The notes under the pieces were generated by a model. The model searched no databases and was not told the origin of the DNA. It worked only from the letters and a program-made list of their open reading frames with translations. The translations under genes were made by a program, and so were the position numbers. A stretch of DNA of 60,151 nt, the filler included, from Squatina squatina (Eukaryota): the NCBI GenBank assembly GCA_031763465.1. It is 4 parts of 3 records of this genome, joined end to end, with 100 filler letters (N's around TTAATTAATTAA, not from the genome) between each part and the next. Parts side by side here need not be neighbours in the genome. Positions count along the whole stretch, not along the records: positions 33,168 to 46,625 come from JARFOE010000100.1; positions 46,726 to 60,151 come from JARFOE010000042.1; 2 more parts are not named here. The stretch is one strand, 5' to 3'. This document shows, piece after piece, positions 37,471-50,709 of the stretch. How positions within the stretch are numbered: position 1 is the first letter of the stretch; each line of letters starts with the position of its first letter.

Positions 37471-40400
37471 TTATTTTTCAGACTGTTGTCCCCCTTGACC
37501 TTAAGCTGGGTGTCTGAAACACTGTAATGTTTCAGCTTGGAACAAATTGTCCTCTGCATCCTTGATCAAATAGAACTATGCATTATTATGTCTGTCTCTG
37601 CAGAGAATTGAGGCAGACAAAGGGGGTCAAATACTAAGGTGTACTGTTATCTTCATTCTAACATAAAGCAATACATTAAATTATATTTCCTATAAACAGT
37701 AAACTAGCTAGATTATTATTTATCTAACAGACACTTGTATATAGATCTTTTCTGTATGAAACCTGAATGCCAATGCAGAATAAGTCAACATTTCTAAGTC
37801 ATGTGTTGAACCATAAAAACTAGCAGCTGCATTTGTAATTTGTAAACTATTCCCACTGGGGATGAAATTAACTGAACACATAAAAGGATAATGCAGTTAC
37901 AACCTTCAGCTACACTGGCAGTCTATGACTCATGCAGTACTGACCTCAAGATCAGCTCATTGATAGGTCCAGCACAGTCCATTTATTTCCCCATTATATC
38001 CCCTCTAATTCAATTTGTTATTAAGATTGTAATTCACAGTGGTTTGATGTTTTCTGTGTAGTGCATGAATATTAATAACCAGAGGCATGCCTTCAAATAA
38101 ATCTGAAAAGTAATCATCTGTTAATAGTTGGGAATCGTCTTNNNNNNNNNNNNNNNNNNNNNNNNNNNNNNNNNNNNNNNNNNNNNNNNNNNNNNNNNNN
38201 NNNNNNNNNNNNNNNNNNNNNNNNNNNNNNNNNNNNNNNNNAATTCGGCTTTCATAAGAATTTAAAACTTTATTAGCAAGGAATTAAAAAGTGGCACATG
38301 CAAAAAAAGAACAGGATGTTCACCAATAAATCTGTCAGTTTGTTTCTGCAAGGATATTTTCACACACTTTGCATTTGGTCAGTGCTGGCGGGTGAAATGG
38401 TGAAGAATAAATGATGAATTACTTGTGTTCTAACTGGGAGTCATTCTGCTATTTTTGTCAAATACCACAGGGTACCATGCAACAGCAGGCTGTTAATCAC
38501 ACAGAAATACACAAAGCTGTTCAAACTGAGATGCAATTCATTATATATTGTCTGTCAGCTTAAACAGCATCCGAGGGTATGTGACCTTTCGAGAATAGTC
38601 ACTTTATTCCTTAGCATAGAACGTGCAGATTAGTATTTGCAAAGATTTGTGATGCACAACATTAATTGATAAAACTACTTTACTATGCAAAAAATCTTAT
38701 CTTAAAAAGGTTGGAAAGTATCTTATAATGGTTCCTGAAATGAACAAAGAAAATATATCAAAGTTTATCAGAGGAATTTGTTGGAATCCTTGAGGATACA
38801 GTTTGTTGGTTCAACAGCTCTCTTTTTGTATTTTGTACTGCTAATTAAAGCTTTTCTACATGAAAGTCCTCATGCTGCTTTGAGCACTGATGCCTTGTTG
38901 ATTAGTTTTATTTAAAGAATCAGAGAGAAAATGCTGCAGCAATCACTATTTTTCTATCTAACCAATTAATTTACTGATGAATACTGGAGCAGACCATAAA
39001 GTAATCAAAGGTACAGCCTAATAAGGACCAAAAGCAATTTTCTTTTAACACCTACTGTAATATTTTCCTTCTATAAATACAAACTGGAGGGCCCTGCAAG
39101 TTATCTCATTAGTATGTTTATCCTCATTATCCATTTTACAAGTGATACACTCTACATGCTTTAAAGGGAAAAAATGACGGAAACCACAATTAGTGATTTG
39201 TGCAGAATTAAAGCAGTGCATGTCGTTGGCACAGTGAAGTAGTTGAAGCCATTATGCCTTGACCACAGGCTTCAGGGCAGCAATTTGCACATGTCATATG
39301 TAGTATCAGGGGGTTAGTGATATTTACCTCTCAAATGGCTTGCAATAAAGAGAAGCAAGTGACTGATAATGGCCTTTAGTTCAATCAGTATTTGCATTTT
39401 ACAGCCTTTTCTATTCGGTGCTTTCCAAGTGAAGGAACCATGCGCAGTCAGGCCCAATAAAGTGCCGGACCAGTTTCCTCATTGTGCGCTAGTTAAGCCA
39501 TTATATTCTAATATGCCTAACCTTGATTAGCTACTGTACTTGATTAGCCTTTCAAATGTCCAACCATATGTTTCAAGCTCATTCAGCTTTTTAGAGCATG
39601 CCTCAGGCTTGCTAGCAGAGTCTTGAACTTAATTACAAAGCTGAAGAAGTGACCTGAATTAGAAGTGTTCAGAGCATTCTGCAAAATATCCATTTTAANN
39701 NNNNNNNNTTTGGGGCAATGTTATATTCCATGTGCTGCTCAGGATTACTTAGTCTACATGTGTGTTAACCATCAGTCCTTAAAGAGGCTGCTGGAAGCCG
39801 CCACCAAAAAGCTAAGTTTTATTTATATATTTATTCTGATGTGAAGCCGGATGGAGCAGAAATGCTTCTCCCAGCTGCTTAGCACTACTTCAGGCTGCGA
39901 GCAGCCTGTGTTCGACCTGCCTCCTGGTTTCCTCCCCACTCCATGACNNNNNNNNNNAGGGAGGCAACTAGCCCAAATTGGAGGGCACCAAAGCAGCAAG
40001 CTGCTTCTATAGGTGTTACAGGTACTAACAGCATGCCCGAATGATTAAGGTAAAGCTCAATGGCTAATTTCTGGAGGTCCTTGGGTCAGCTTCTTCTGGG
40101 TAGTAGGGTGAGGAAACCTTCTGTTAAGAAAAGCACTTATGGTTGAACACTTGGGTGTCAAGAGATTTTAGTTCAATCTTCTGATAATAAATAAATTCAT
40201 CACCTTGTTCACATTTGCAAGTTTGGTGTCTNNNNNNNNNNNNNNNNNNNNNNNNNNNNNNNNNNNNNNNNNNNNNNNNNNNNNNNNNNNNNNNNNNNNN
40301 NNNNNNNNNNNNNNNNNNNNNNNNNNNNNNNTACCAAGTTTGCTGCACTGAATGAACCAGATGGCAAAATGCTTCCTTCCGACCAGATGGTCACAGATTT

Positions 40401-40896
40401 AGGCTCCAAAACTACTTGTCACTGGAGTTTGCCCATCACTGTTGGCAGCCAGTTACTTCATTCCTTAGCCAAATCACCAGATGGAGTACTCTGTTTTACA
40501 GAGACACTGCAATTCTAAATCCCGATGAAATTGTCGATGAGAGTAAGATTTAGGAATTATTCACCTGCTCACCAACAGTCTTCCAACACATTTCTTTCCA
40601 GCCATCTCTTACATTAGGATAAAATAGAATTATGCATCTGACAAATATTTTATCACAGCTGAACCGATCAGAATGCTAAGAAACATTCATTAACTAGTAA
40701 AATAAACTCATCTCCAAAGCAATGATTGTCAATGCAAAATGCTGATACAGGCTCTCCTGGGCCCCAGTTAATGTAATACATGAATTAACTGTGAGATTCT
40801 AAGAACTGACTGGGTGACATGTCCTCTAATTTTCCTCTCCACATTGTTGTTTTTGATGAATAGCAAAGACTCTTATTTGGATTAAAAGAATTTTCA

Positions 40897-41107
40897 TAGA
40901 GTCATAGAAAATTAGAGCACAAGGAGGTTATTCAGCCTGTTGTGCCTGTGCTGGCTCTTTGAAAGAGCAGTCGTGCTTAGTCCCACCACCTCACTTTTTG
41001 TCCGAAGCCCTGTAAACTCATCAAGTACCTGTCCAACTCTCTTAAAATTATTTATGGAAACAGCTTCCACCTCCTTTTCAGGTTCGGCATTCCGGATCCT
41101 GACAATT
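40897..41107 (-). mobile_element. CR1 LINE 3' end
   Basis: IVRIRNAEPEKEVEAVSINNFKR plus reversed tail ending in CATAGAGTCATAGA. Confidence 0.75.
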
Positions 41108-41364
41108 NNNNNNNNNNNNNNNNNNNNNNNNNNNNNNNNNNNNNNNNNNNNNNNNNNNNNNNNNNNNNNNNNNNNNNNNNNNNNNNNNNNNNNNNNNNNN
41201 NNNNNNNCATAGGTGAATCGATGACACCTTCTAGTCACTTGAGACATTTTTACCAGAATACTGGTCCAAAAGTTTTCACAGACAGCACAATGAGCTGTGG
41301 AACTGTGAGCAGCCAAACTTTTATGAGAAACAAGGCAGTGGCAATGTAATTGCTTAATGAAATG

Positions 41365-41570
41365 TTTCACATGAAACTGGTTGCAAACTTCAAAAGAGCG
41401 CCCCTGCAGTGCCTCTTTGCGGCTCTCAGCACCTGCAACAGCGGCATGCCTGGATTTGTGAAGAACTTGAACCAATTTTGCGACCCTTGGACGATCGCAA
41501 CGCCAGACACAATTGGGGCACTATTGTGTGCTGTAGCATTTGGAGCGTGGCGCACATGAATTTTGGCCCC
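41365..41570. mobile_element. MITE-like element end
   Basis: Ends GAATTTTGGCCCC, the same terminus class as the 53349-54094 element. Confidence 0.45.
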
Positions 41571-42791
41571 ATGGTCTTGCATCGGCCAATTTGCATATTT
41601 GTTAATTTTTCCTAATAGCTTCTGAGAAAACTCTACTGATTGCTGAACCTAGGCTTGCCTCATCTACATTCTGCTGTAGTTCACACTCATCACACTGTAC
41701 CACTTATGTCAAGCACATTGAAATTACTGTAGGCGTATTATACTCTCAGTGATTCTGGTTCCAGAGGATATGTAATCTTCCAAATGGGTATTAACACCAG
41801 TTTAGAAAATAAAACTACTTGCAAGAAAGATTCACATTTTGCAAGTTGCTATTTATTTTATGTGCCATTCAAATTTTAGCTGCAAGTTACAGAAAACGAA
41901 ATGCCATTTACATGAGCAAAAATGGCTGAAAATATGTAACCCAACAACGTTTAAAGCTTTTAGTCTGCTCTTGAATTCTTAACAATCTGCCTGATCCTTT
42001 ATCCAGCCACTGATATTTTCCTATTGACAGTAATAAAATATTACCAATGTTTTAAAAATTGTACATAATTCCTATTATCTTCATTTATTTTTTATTTTCC
42101 TGTATGTCCCTCATTCTCTACCCAAGGGAAAAAAGCAGATAACCAATTTCCAGGTCATTGACAATTCTGTTATACAACCAAGCATTATAAGTGTAGCAAA
42201 GCAATGTTGATTGCTCTATCTGTTCCTTGCTGTAAAGAAATGCCTTGCCGAACCTCCCATCTGAGATTGAGATCTCATCGTGTGGGGAATTATGGCAGCA
42301 AATCCCACTACTTTTGTTCATCACATTTGTACACCAGTGCATTGCAACATCAAATGGCATAGCAAGTGTACAGTAATCCTTCCAGAGATTTTCTCGAAAT
42401 TATTCCTTCTTAAACTCTTCCTCACTCATTTGATTTCCAGAGGGAAAGTACTCCCTAATCCAAAAGATTATGAAACACGCTTCTGAATATTCATTCATCT
42501 TCACATCAAGCAGGCTCTGCAACAATTGTCAAGACTGGGCAAAATTCTTACACCTATTGTGTCTGCTACAGCTGATTTTATTTGCAAATATCACTACACT
42601 ACACCCAATATTCTGTCTGATCCCCAGCATCCACGTTTTAAGCATTCCATTGCCAGAAGGAACAAACAATGCACACACCAAAATAAAATAAAATAATGAA
42701 GTCGGAGTTCTAATTAAATTATTCCTTAGTTAGTTTATCGGAGTAATGTTCGATGAGCGTAATGGACTGGAAAAATTAAGTTTAGACATCA

Positions 42792-43080
42792 CGGGGGTGA
42801 AACTGGCCGCTGTGCAAAATTAATTAAGGCATTAATAGGGCACTAAACATTCTTAAGGTGTTAAATCGCTAGGCAAGAACTTTAGGCGCTAAAATTTAGC
42901 GCCTTCGCGGCCAGGCGAGATCGTGTTAGCGCCTCTGATGATTTCATCAGTGGGCGCAACACCTCTTTGGCGCCCTGTTGCTAAATTCCCCGTAGTTAGC
43001 GCGTAAAGTTTGGTCAGGAAAACAACGCCTACAAAAGTTGGCGCTACACACTTTTCTCGACCCGGGCTGCCATCTTGTTT
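42792..43080 (+). mobile_element. Non-autonomous DNA element, copy 1
   Basis: Starts GGGGGTGAAACT; colinear with 44991-45315 (AAACATTCTTAAGG, TTTAGCGCC, AAATTCCC, CAACGCCTA.AAAAGTTGGC.CTACAC). Confidence 0.7.
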
Positions 43081-44990
43081 CATCAATTCTGTTCCCTTTT
43101 GAGTGCCAGGACTGCCAGTGGATGCAGGGGCTAATGTCATGTTATTGGAAGGTCAATTACAATCAATGACATCACTCANNNNNNNNNNNNNNNNNNNNNN
43201 NNNNNNNNNNNNNNNNNNNNNNNNNNNNNNNNNNNNNNNNNNNNNNNNNNNNNNNNNNNNNNNNNNNNNNNNNNNNNNTGAAAAAATTAATGAGGGAACA
43301 TAAGTAGTCTCACTATGCTCCTGAAGACTCACTTTGTCATAAATAAATCAACAAAAACGAGTAGAGCTTGATTTGCATAAAGGTGCATAACACTGGTGAC
43401 GATTTCTCGTTTCCTGCAGCAGAAAACAAGCGATGTATTGGTGCATAAAGTGTCACTTTGTTAGATTTCGTCTCAAACATTTTTTCCCAAAATGATTGAA
43501 TTAGCCTCAATGAATAGTCAAGCAATCTCACCATGATTCCATAAGTACTCTGCTGTGCTTAATTGGATTTTTGTTTTGGAGAACTGGTCCTGTTTAGCAG
43601 TATGCAAAATCTCGCAACTCTGATTTCTGCAGAAGCATTATTCTTTTAGCCATTACTGTACCATTCCTTTAATGATGAGTGAATACTGTCAGCTATTTTT
43701 ATTAAATATGAAGTGATCAGAAGAGCAGTCATGACTGTGCACAATTCCCCGAAGGTCCACAGGCTGTCAGGAGGTATTGCTCTGATTTATATTTTCTAGT
43801 TATTAGTAAGGCTGCAGAAAATGACTCTGCTGGGAGGTAATCAACGATGCTCAGGACATTTGTGAAAATCAATGCATTTCCCAGAACAATGGAGAGACTT
43901 TGGCTTAGATTCTATTTTTAATTCTCTTGGGGAAAACCCCGTGATATTTTCACATTTCTTTAAGAATCAGTCTCAGAACTAATGCAGTCTTGTATAAACT
44001 AGCAAACCGCCAGTCTACTGACATATCGGGTTAAGCTGCCCACCTTGAGCATGTCAGCTGCCATTTGCAAGGCCTCATTAAGAGGATTCTAACCAGCTTC
44101 AGCACACGCTAACGTCACTTCTTGGGGCAAATTCGNNNNNNNNNNNNNNNNNNNNNNNNNNNNNNNNNNNNNNNNNNNNNNNNNNNNNNNNNNNNNNNNN
44201 NNNNNNNNNNNNNNNNNNNNNNNNNNNNNNNNNNNAGAATGTTTATATATGGGTCTGTCTGTACTAACATGTCATCAAAATGTTTATCACAGTGTACATG
44301 ATACATCTCTAGCAAATTCCAAAGCGTCAGTTTTCTCCTGAAGCCTAAGCAGAGGTGGCCGGCCTCTATTAATGAGCCTTCTTTTCCCTGTAGTTAGACA
44401 GCTGCTATCAACGCAGAGGGATGCAAGGGTTTGAGAATAGCCATTTATGAAAATGCAATTTTGATAGTGGGTCACTAATTACAAAAGATAGAGGCACTCT
44501 CCTATTTTTTGTTAAAACTGGAGTTTCACTCCCAAGTCTCTTGATAGTGGTTATGCTAACAAACATTTTACAGATCAAAAGGAAAATGAAACAAGACTCA
44601 TCAAGTTGAATGGCCTTCAGCACAATACGTGCGCAAATAATTGAGGACCATATTCTACGCAAATCGACTTTCTGCGTAATATTGAAGTCGTTATCTTTAA
44701 ATAATGAAAACATCTCTACGGTAAACCAAAGTAATTGGTTAACTAATATTGGTCTTGGATTTTTCAGGCGATATTTATAAATATAAAACAAAAATGTACA
44801 AAATGCTAAACTGCCCTATACTGCAAAGAATTGCTTTAAAATTTTAGATTTTGGTGCACACATTGAACGCAAATAGTTTGTCCTCAAAAGATATAATTGT
44901 TGCTATAACAAGTAAAATGAACATGTGCAATAGGTGTATAGAATGTGCACTAGAGCACCCAAGGTAACACTTGTACCAGTGCAAGTATTA

Positions 44991-45641
44991 GGGCCTGAAA
45001 TTCGGCGGGGTGCAAAATTTAGTTAATGCCTACTTAAGGCGTTAACGGGGCGCGAAACATTCTTAAGGCGTCAAATCGCCGTTTAGCGCCTCTAGCGAAA
45101 TTCGCGAGCCAAAACTTTAGCCACTAAAGTTTAGCGCCTCATAAGCCAAGTGAGATAATTTTTACATCTCCAATGACATCATTAGTGCGCGCAACTCCTC
45201 GTTGTAGCCCTGTTGATAAATTCCCCAAAATTAGCGCCTAAAAAGTCCTCCCAAATGCAACGCCTATAAAAGTTGGCACTACACTTTTCTGACAGATCCT
45301 GCCGACATCTTGGTGGAGGCACAATACATCGGGGACAGACCTTTCACTCCCAGCAGGTGCAGGGCAACTTATCAGAGGACACTCTGGCAATCGCAACACC
45401 CTCTACAATAACCTGACCTGATGTGGCCCCTGCAATGGGAACTCCGTTGCCCCACCATTCGGCGATCAACCGTCTTCTTCTGATGGGCCTGAAGGAGTCT
45501 GTGATCAGGAGGAGACGGTCGATACAGGGCCAAAGGCAGAGGCATAGCTCTCCTCACACTGTGAGGGGCTGGCGTCCCCAAGCACCAACTGCCCCTGATA
45601 GTACCCCGATCAACCCCTGATCTGCCCCCGCCGCTCGCCCC
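44991..45641 (+). mobile_element. Non-autonomous DNA element, copy 2
   Basis: Starts GGGCCTGAAATT; homologous to 42792-43080 and extends into a GC-rich segment up to a gap. Confidence 0.7.
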
Positions 45642-46669
45642 NNNNNNNNNNNNNNNNNNNNNNNNNNNNNNNNNNNNNNNNNNNNNNNNNNNNNNNNNNN
45701 NNNNNNNNNNNNNNNNNNNNNNNNNNNNNNNNNNNNNNNNNGTTGGTACAGTAATGAGATGTTGATTTAGATTCTTCTACTGCTTCCTTGGTATGTTGCT
45801 GATGTTATAATCCACCAGATCCAAAAATGGTATTTTCACAGGCACAGAATGAATATAAAAAAAGGAATTTAGTTCAGAATGTATTGGTTTATTTGGGTTC
45901 AGTGACAGTCTGCACCTTTAATCCATTTTAGACGTGCTGAATGGGAAGCAATAAGTTTTCATTTCTGACTTGAGAAAGCAAACACTTCTAAGTGTTCTAG
46001 TACTGTGGTACTCATCTCTAAGGTTACAGTTCACATGCTTACTGATCTGCTAATCTGCCTGACACATGCATGAAAGCCTAAGTGTTTACAATATTCTATC
46101 CAGTTAGAAAATACCAGGCTGCATTGAAGTGTGGTCAATCAGCTTCCCATTGACAAATTAAAGGACAAGTGTTATTTTGAATAATGTTAAATCATTAAAT
46201 GTATTCCTGGTCAGTTATCCGGGCTAGAAGTTTGCAGCAGTGTAAATAAGAATCCAACAAAGAAGGTCCAAGAAACAAGAAAACTATATAAATAGTAAAT
46301 GTTAGAAATGCACACTTTATTCACAGAATATTTTATAGTATAATCATGGGATTGGACACAAAGATATATGTATTAAACTGAATGAAGCAACACCTGAAAG
46401 AAAACATTTTTTTGTGCAATATCTTTTATGAAATTTGTTACTGATTAAACATTTTGCAAGAATTAGATTTTTTAATTCAATTGCAGTAATACACAAAGGT
46501 GTGGCCGCATTAAAAAATTTACATTACAAAAATTATGAACTTAAATATTTTAATTTTTTTTCTATCAATTGCTGTTGATTTTTCAATATCTTTGTTTGAA
46601 CAGTCGGATTCATTGATATAACTGGNNNNNNNNNNNNNNNNNNNNNNNNNNNNNNNNNNNNNNNNNNNN

Positions 46670-46681
46670 TTAATTAATTAA
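46670..46681. other. Artificial TTAATTAATTAA linker inside a gap
   Basis: 44 N + 12-mer + 44 N. Confidence 0.9.
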
Positions 46682-46725
46682 NNNNNNNNNNNNNNNNNNN
46701 NNNNNNNNNNNNNNNNNNNNNNNNN

Positions 46726-46800
46726 TCATATTGAATGGCGGTGCAGGCTCGAAGGGCCGAATGGCCTACTCCTGCTCCTATTTTCTATGTTTCTATGTTT
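46726..46800 (+). mobile_element. CR1 LINE 3' tail
   Basis: GAAGGGCCGAATGGCCTACTCCTGCTCCTATTTTCTATGTTTCTATG. Confidence 0.8.
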
Positions 46801-47117
46801 CATAATGGAATTAAATACCACCACGAGATCGTTCCACCACCTTACAGAATCAGCCTCCTTGAATGGGTTGTGGTAGATTTAATATGAAATCTTAGTCATA
46901 CAAGTAAGATAGATTTAGAATCTTGCTTTATTTCACCGACATACAGGTTGAGTATTGATAGACTCTGTATTAAACAGATGTGTATTTGTAAGCGATTGAG
47001 CTTTTTCTCAATTCAGACTGGAGGCCATAAGAAAATATACACAGACTTTTCTTTTAACATAAGCAGCTTTGAATTAACACCGTTTAAGATTGTGTGGGAG
47101 AGCCGAATGGAACGATT

Positions 47118-47553
47118 TTTTTACTCATTCATGGGATGTGGGTGTCACTGGCAGGGTCAACATTTATTCCCCATCCCGAATTACCCTTGAGAAGGTGGTG
47201 GTGACCTGCCTTGAACCGCTGCACTGTGTGGTGAAGGTACTCCCACAGTGCTGTCAGGGAGAGAGTTCCAGGATGTTTACCCAGCAAGAATGAACGAACG
47301 GCGATATACTTCCAAGTCAGGATGGTATGTGACTTGGAGGGAACTTGGAGGGGATGGTGTTCCGATGCGCCTGCTGCCCTTGTCCTTCTAGGTGGTAGAG
47401 GATGCAGCTTTCGGAGGTGCTGTCGAAGAAGCCTTGGCGAGTTGCTGCAGTGCATCTCATAGATGGTACACACTGCAGCCACGATGTGCCAGTGGTGGAG
47501 TGAGTGAATATTGAAGGTAATGCAATGGGGTCCCGATCAAGCGGGCTGCTTTG
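47118..47553 (-). mobile_element. Non-LTR retrotransposon 3' end (same family as 30195-31143)
   Basis: AAVCTIYEMHCSNSPRLLRQHL..SKSHTILTWKYIAV. Confidence 0.85.
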
Positions 47554-47714
47554 NNNNNNNNNNNNNNNNNNNNNNNNNNNNNNNNNNNNNNNNNNNNNNN
47601 NNNNNNNNNNNNNNNNNNNNNNNNNNNNNNNNNNNNNNNNNNNNNNNNNNNNNGTCTTGGGTAATAGCTATCATGGTTGAGATGAGAAATCTGGTTTTGA
47701 CGCTAACCAATGAG

Positions 47715-48060
47715 TTTTTTTTTCATTCATTCCTGGAATGTGGGTTTATTGCCCATCCCTCTAGTTTTCCCTTGCAACTGAGAGGCTTGCCAGGCCCATT
47801 TCAGAGTCAACCACATTGCTGTGAGTCTGGAGTCACATACAGGCCAGACCAGACCAGATAAGGACAACAGATCTCCTTCCCTAAAGGACATTTGTGAACC
47901 AGATGGGTTTTTAATGACAATCTGACAGTTGCATAGTCACCATTACTGATGAGTTGTTTCCTTTTTAAAATTCCAGATTATTTAATTCATTGAATTTAAA
48001 TTCCACAGCTGCCATGGTGGGATTTGACTAGTCCCGCAAACTTAACCACTACGCTACCGA
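47715..48060 (-). mobile_element. tRNA-headed SINE sharing its 3' tail with the adjacent LINE family
   Basis: Minus-strand head GGTAGCGTAGTGGTTAAG..TCAAATCCCACCATGGCAG; tail TTCATTC..ATGTGGG..TTTATTGCCCATCCCT shared with the LINE ends. Confidence 0.65.
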
Positions 48061-48764
48061 GTCCCCACGTTGAACTGCTGTACAAAAAGCTACATCAACA
48101 AACCATAAGTGGCAACGTACGTGGTAGTTTAAAAATCCTTTCAGTCCAGTTGCTTGATATCTCAGGATTGTGCTCATCATTGTGCAGAAGTTTAACTTGA
48201 GCAAACAGCCCTCTGTGGAATTCCAAATCTAACTCCTNNNNNNNNNNNNNNNNNNNNNNNNNNNNNNNNNNNNNNNNNNNNNNNNNNNNNNNNNNNNNNN
48301 NNNNNNNNNNNNNNNNNNNNNNNNNNNNNNNNNNNNNCCCCAGGGCCCATCAGCCTTTCAGTAAAGCCTTTCGTTGTGTGAAGGAAGGAGGTTCACTAAC
48401 TGTTGATCCAGCAGAGGGGAGGGGTAACTACCAGGCTAAGTCGATTTCTCTTCTTCACTCATTAGCGCCAACCTGAATTCCCTCTGGTGAGTTTGACCAG
48501 GAGACTGACATACTCAGATTATCATTAGTTAATAATAACAATTAGTTAACAAAAGCAACATGTTCCAAGCGCATTTAATGCTCTTATGGTCCAGCAACTT
48601 CCAGAACCTCGTTAAATTCAGTTCTTTGAATCAAACTCTAGAATATGCTTTTTCAATTTGTAAGATCGTAGTATAGGTATGAATCTGGCCCAACACAGCT
48701 CATGCATCTTTGAAGGAACTGCAAGATCCCCTTTTAACAGTAACAAGTTCCCCTCTTATCGAAG

Positions 48765-48965
48765 CATACAGCACATTCGGGCCATTCGGCCCATGCCGGC
48801 TCTTTGAAAGAGTGATCCAATTGGTCCCACTCCCCTGCTCTTTCCCCTATTGCTCTGCAGTTTTTTTCTCCTTCAAGTATTTATCCAATTCCCTTTTGAA
48901 AGTTATTATTGGATCTCCTTCCTCTGCCCTTTCAGGCAGCGCGTTCCAGATCACAACAACTCTCT
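48765..48965 (-). mobile_element. CR1 LINE 3' end
   Basis: VVVIWNALPERAEEGDPIITFKRELDKYL on the minus strand plus GGCCATTCGGCCC. Confidence 0.8.
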
Positions 48966-48983
48966 GTGGATATTTTACATCTC

Positions 48984-49161
48984 CCTGAGAGGGCAGACAT
49001 TTAACGTCTCATCCGAAAGACGGCACCTCTGACAACACTCCCTCAGCGCTGCACTGGGAGTGTCAGCTGAGACTATGTGCTTGAGACTCTGGAGTGGGAC
49101 TTGAACCCACAACCTTCTGACTCTGAGTACGAGAAAGCTACCCACTGAGCCACAGCTGACA
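48984..49161 (-). mobile_element. DeuSINE (SacSINE1-like) tRNA head plus Deu domain
   Basis: A box TGGCTCAGTGG and B box GGTTCAAGTCC on the minus strand. Confidence 0.8.
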
Positions 49162-49629
49162 GCTAAATACTTAGGTCTTGAGAGAAACAATTTGGATTCG
49201 TAGAGGACTTTTCTGTTAAACTGTCATCAACCCCCACACTGCAGGAAACAGCTACAGAATAATATTTATATCTAACTATAGCTACAGCATAAAACAGTAC
49301 AGAATCTCCACTAATTACAGGAGTATCAATGTAAAAGATGTCATTATGTCTGAAATTCTGTCTATATCTGGGCAACCCTTTTAATTCAGAACTTGGTGGC
49401 CCCCTAACAGAGTCTCATCCTACTGACTAATAGCTACTTGCTTCATGTATCATGTAATCTATTTGATGGAGAAAGAGCAAGGGCTGGCGAACCATTTGGA
49501 TAGTACTTTCAAAGAGCTGGTACNNNNNNNNNNNNNNNNNNNNNNNNNNNNNNNNNNNNNNNNNNNNNNNNNNNNNNNNNNNNNNNNNNNNNNNNNNNNN
49601 NNNNNNNNNNNNNNNNNNNNNNNAGAGCC

Positions 49630-50000
49630 TCGCAAATTGTTTCCCCCTTCGAGTATTTCTCCAATTCCCCCTTTTGAAAGTTACTATTGAATCTGCTTCC
49701 ACTGCCCTTTCAGGCAGCGCGTTCCAGATCACAACTCACTATCAGGTCACCCCACAAACCTTTTCTGTTCCAAGGGAAAAGAGAACCAGTCTGTTCAATC
49801 TTTCCTGACAGGTATAACCTTGCAGTTCAGGTCCCATCCTTGTAAATCTTATTTGCACCTTTTCCAGTGCGTCTGTGACCTTTTTTCAATATGGTGACCA
49901 GAACTGTACACTGTGTGCGGTCTCAATGTGGTCTAATCAAGGTTCAATTCAGGTTCAGCATTACTTCTTCACTTTTCAATTCCAACCCTGTAGAAATAAA
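49630..50000 (-). mobile_element. CR1 LINE fragments
   Basis: IWNALPERAVEADSIVTFKR and GLELKSEEVMLNL..LIRPH. Confidence 0.75.
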
Positions 50001-50004
50001 CCCT

Positions 50005-50465
50005 CGTACTGTGCACAGTTCTGATCTCCATTTTATAAAAAAGGGCACTGGAGAAGGTACAGAATAAGATTTGCCAGAATGCAACAACACCAGAACTGAG
50101 AGGTTATACCTACCGGGAAAGGATGACCAGGCCGAGGCTCTTTTCTCTAGGAGGGGTGACCAGATAGAGGTCTTTAAGATTATGAAAGGGTTCGATAGCG
50201 TCGGCGTAGAGATGTTTCTGCTTGCCAGAACTAGTGGCCTAAGATAGTCATTAAGAAATCCAATAAGGAATTCGGGAGAAACTTCTTTACCCAGAGAGTG
50301 GTGAGAATGTGGAGCTCGCTCCCACACAGGGAGTGGTTGGGGCAAATGGAATAGGTGCATTTAAGGGGAAGCTGGATGAGCACATGAGGGAGAAGGGACC
50401 AGAAGGACATGTTGATGGGGTGAGATGTGGGACCAGCTGTTGGCCTGTTTCTGTGCTGCAAGTAC
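50005..50465 (+). mobile_element. CR1 LINE 3' end
   Basis: IEVFKIMKGFD..FGRNFFTQRVVRMWSSLPHR followed by the tail. Confidence 0.75.
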
Positions 50466-50709
50466 TTTTGAGTATGTCTATTCCTCTAAATCCAATCCTT
50501 TAGGGCGTCTGCACCTCTTTCCAAACCACCAGTGTGTTGTGCTTCCTTCTCCGATCATTGTGTCTCCACCCTGTGCGTCTGAGCTTTCATTATGTCTAAT
50601 ATTGTCCTTCAGTGTGCCTAGTGAAGGCACACACTGTTTCTGATCAGCAAATGGAACATTTTAATTGAAAAAGGGGTAAGTTAAACTATGTTGTTACGAT
50701 TACAAAAGG

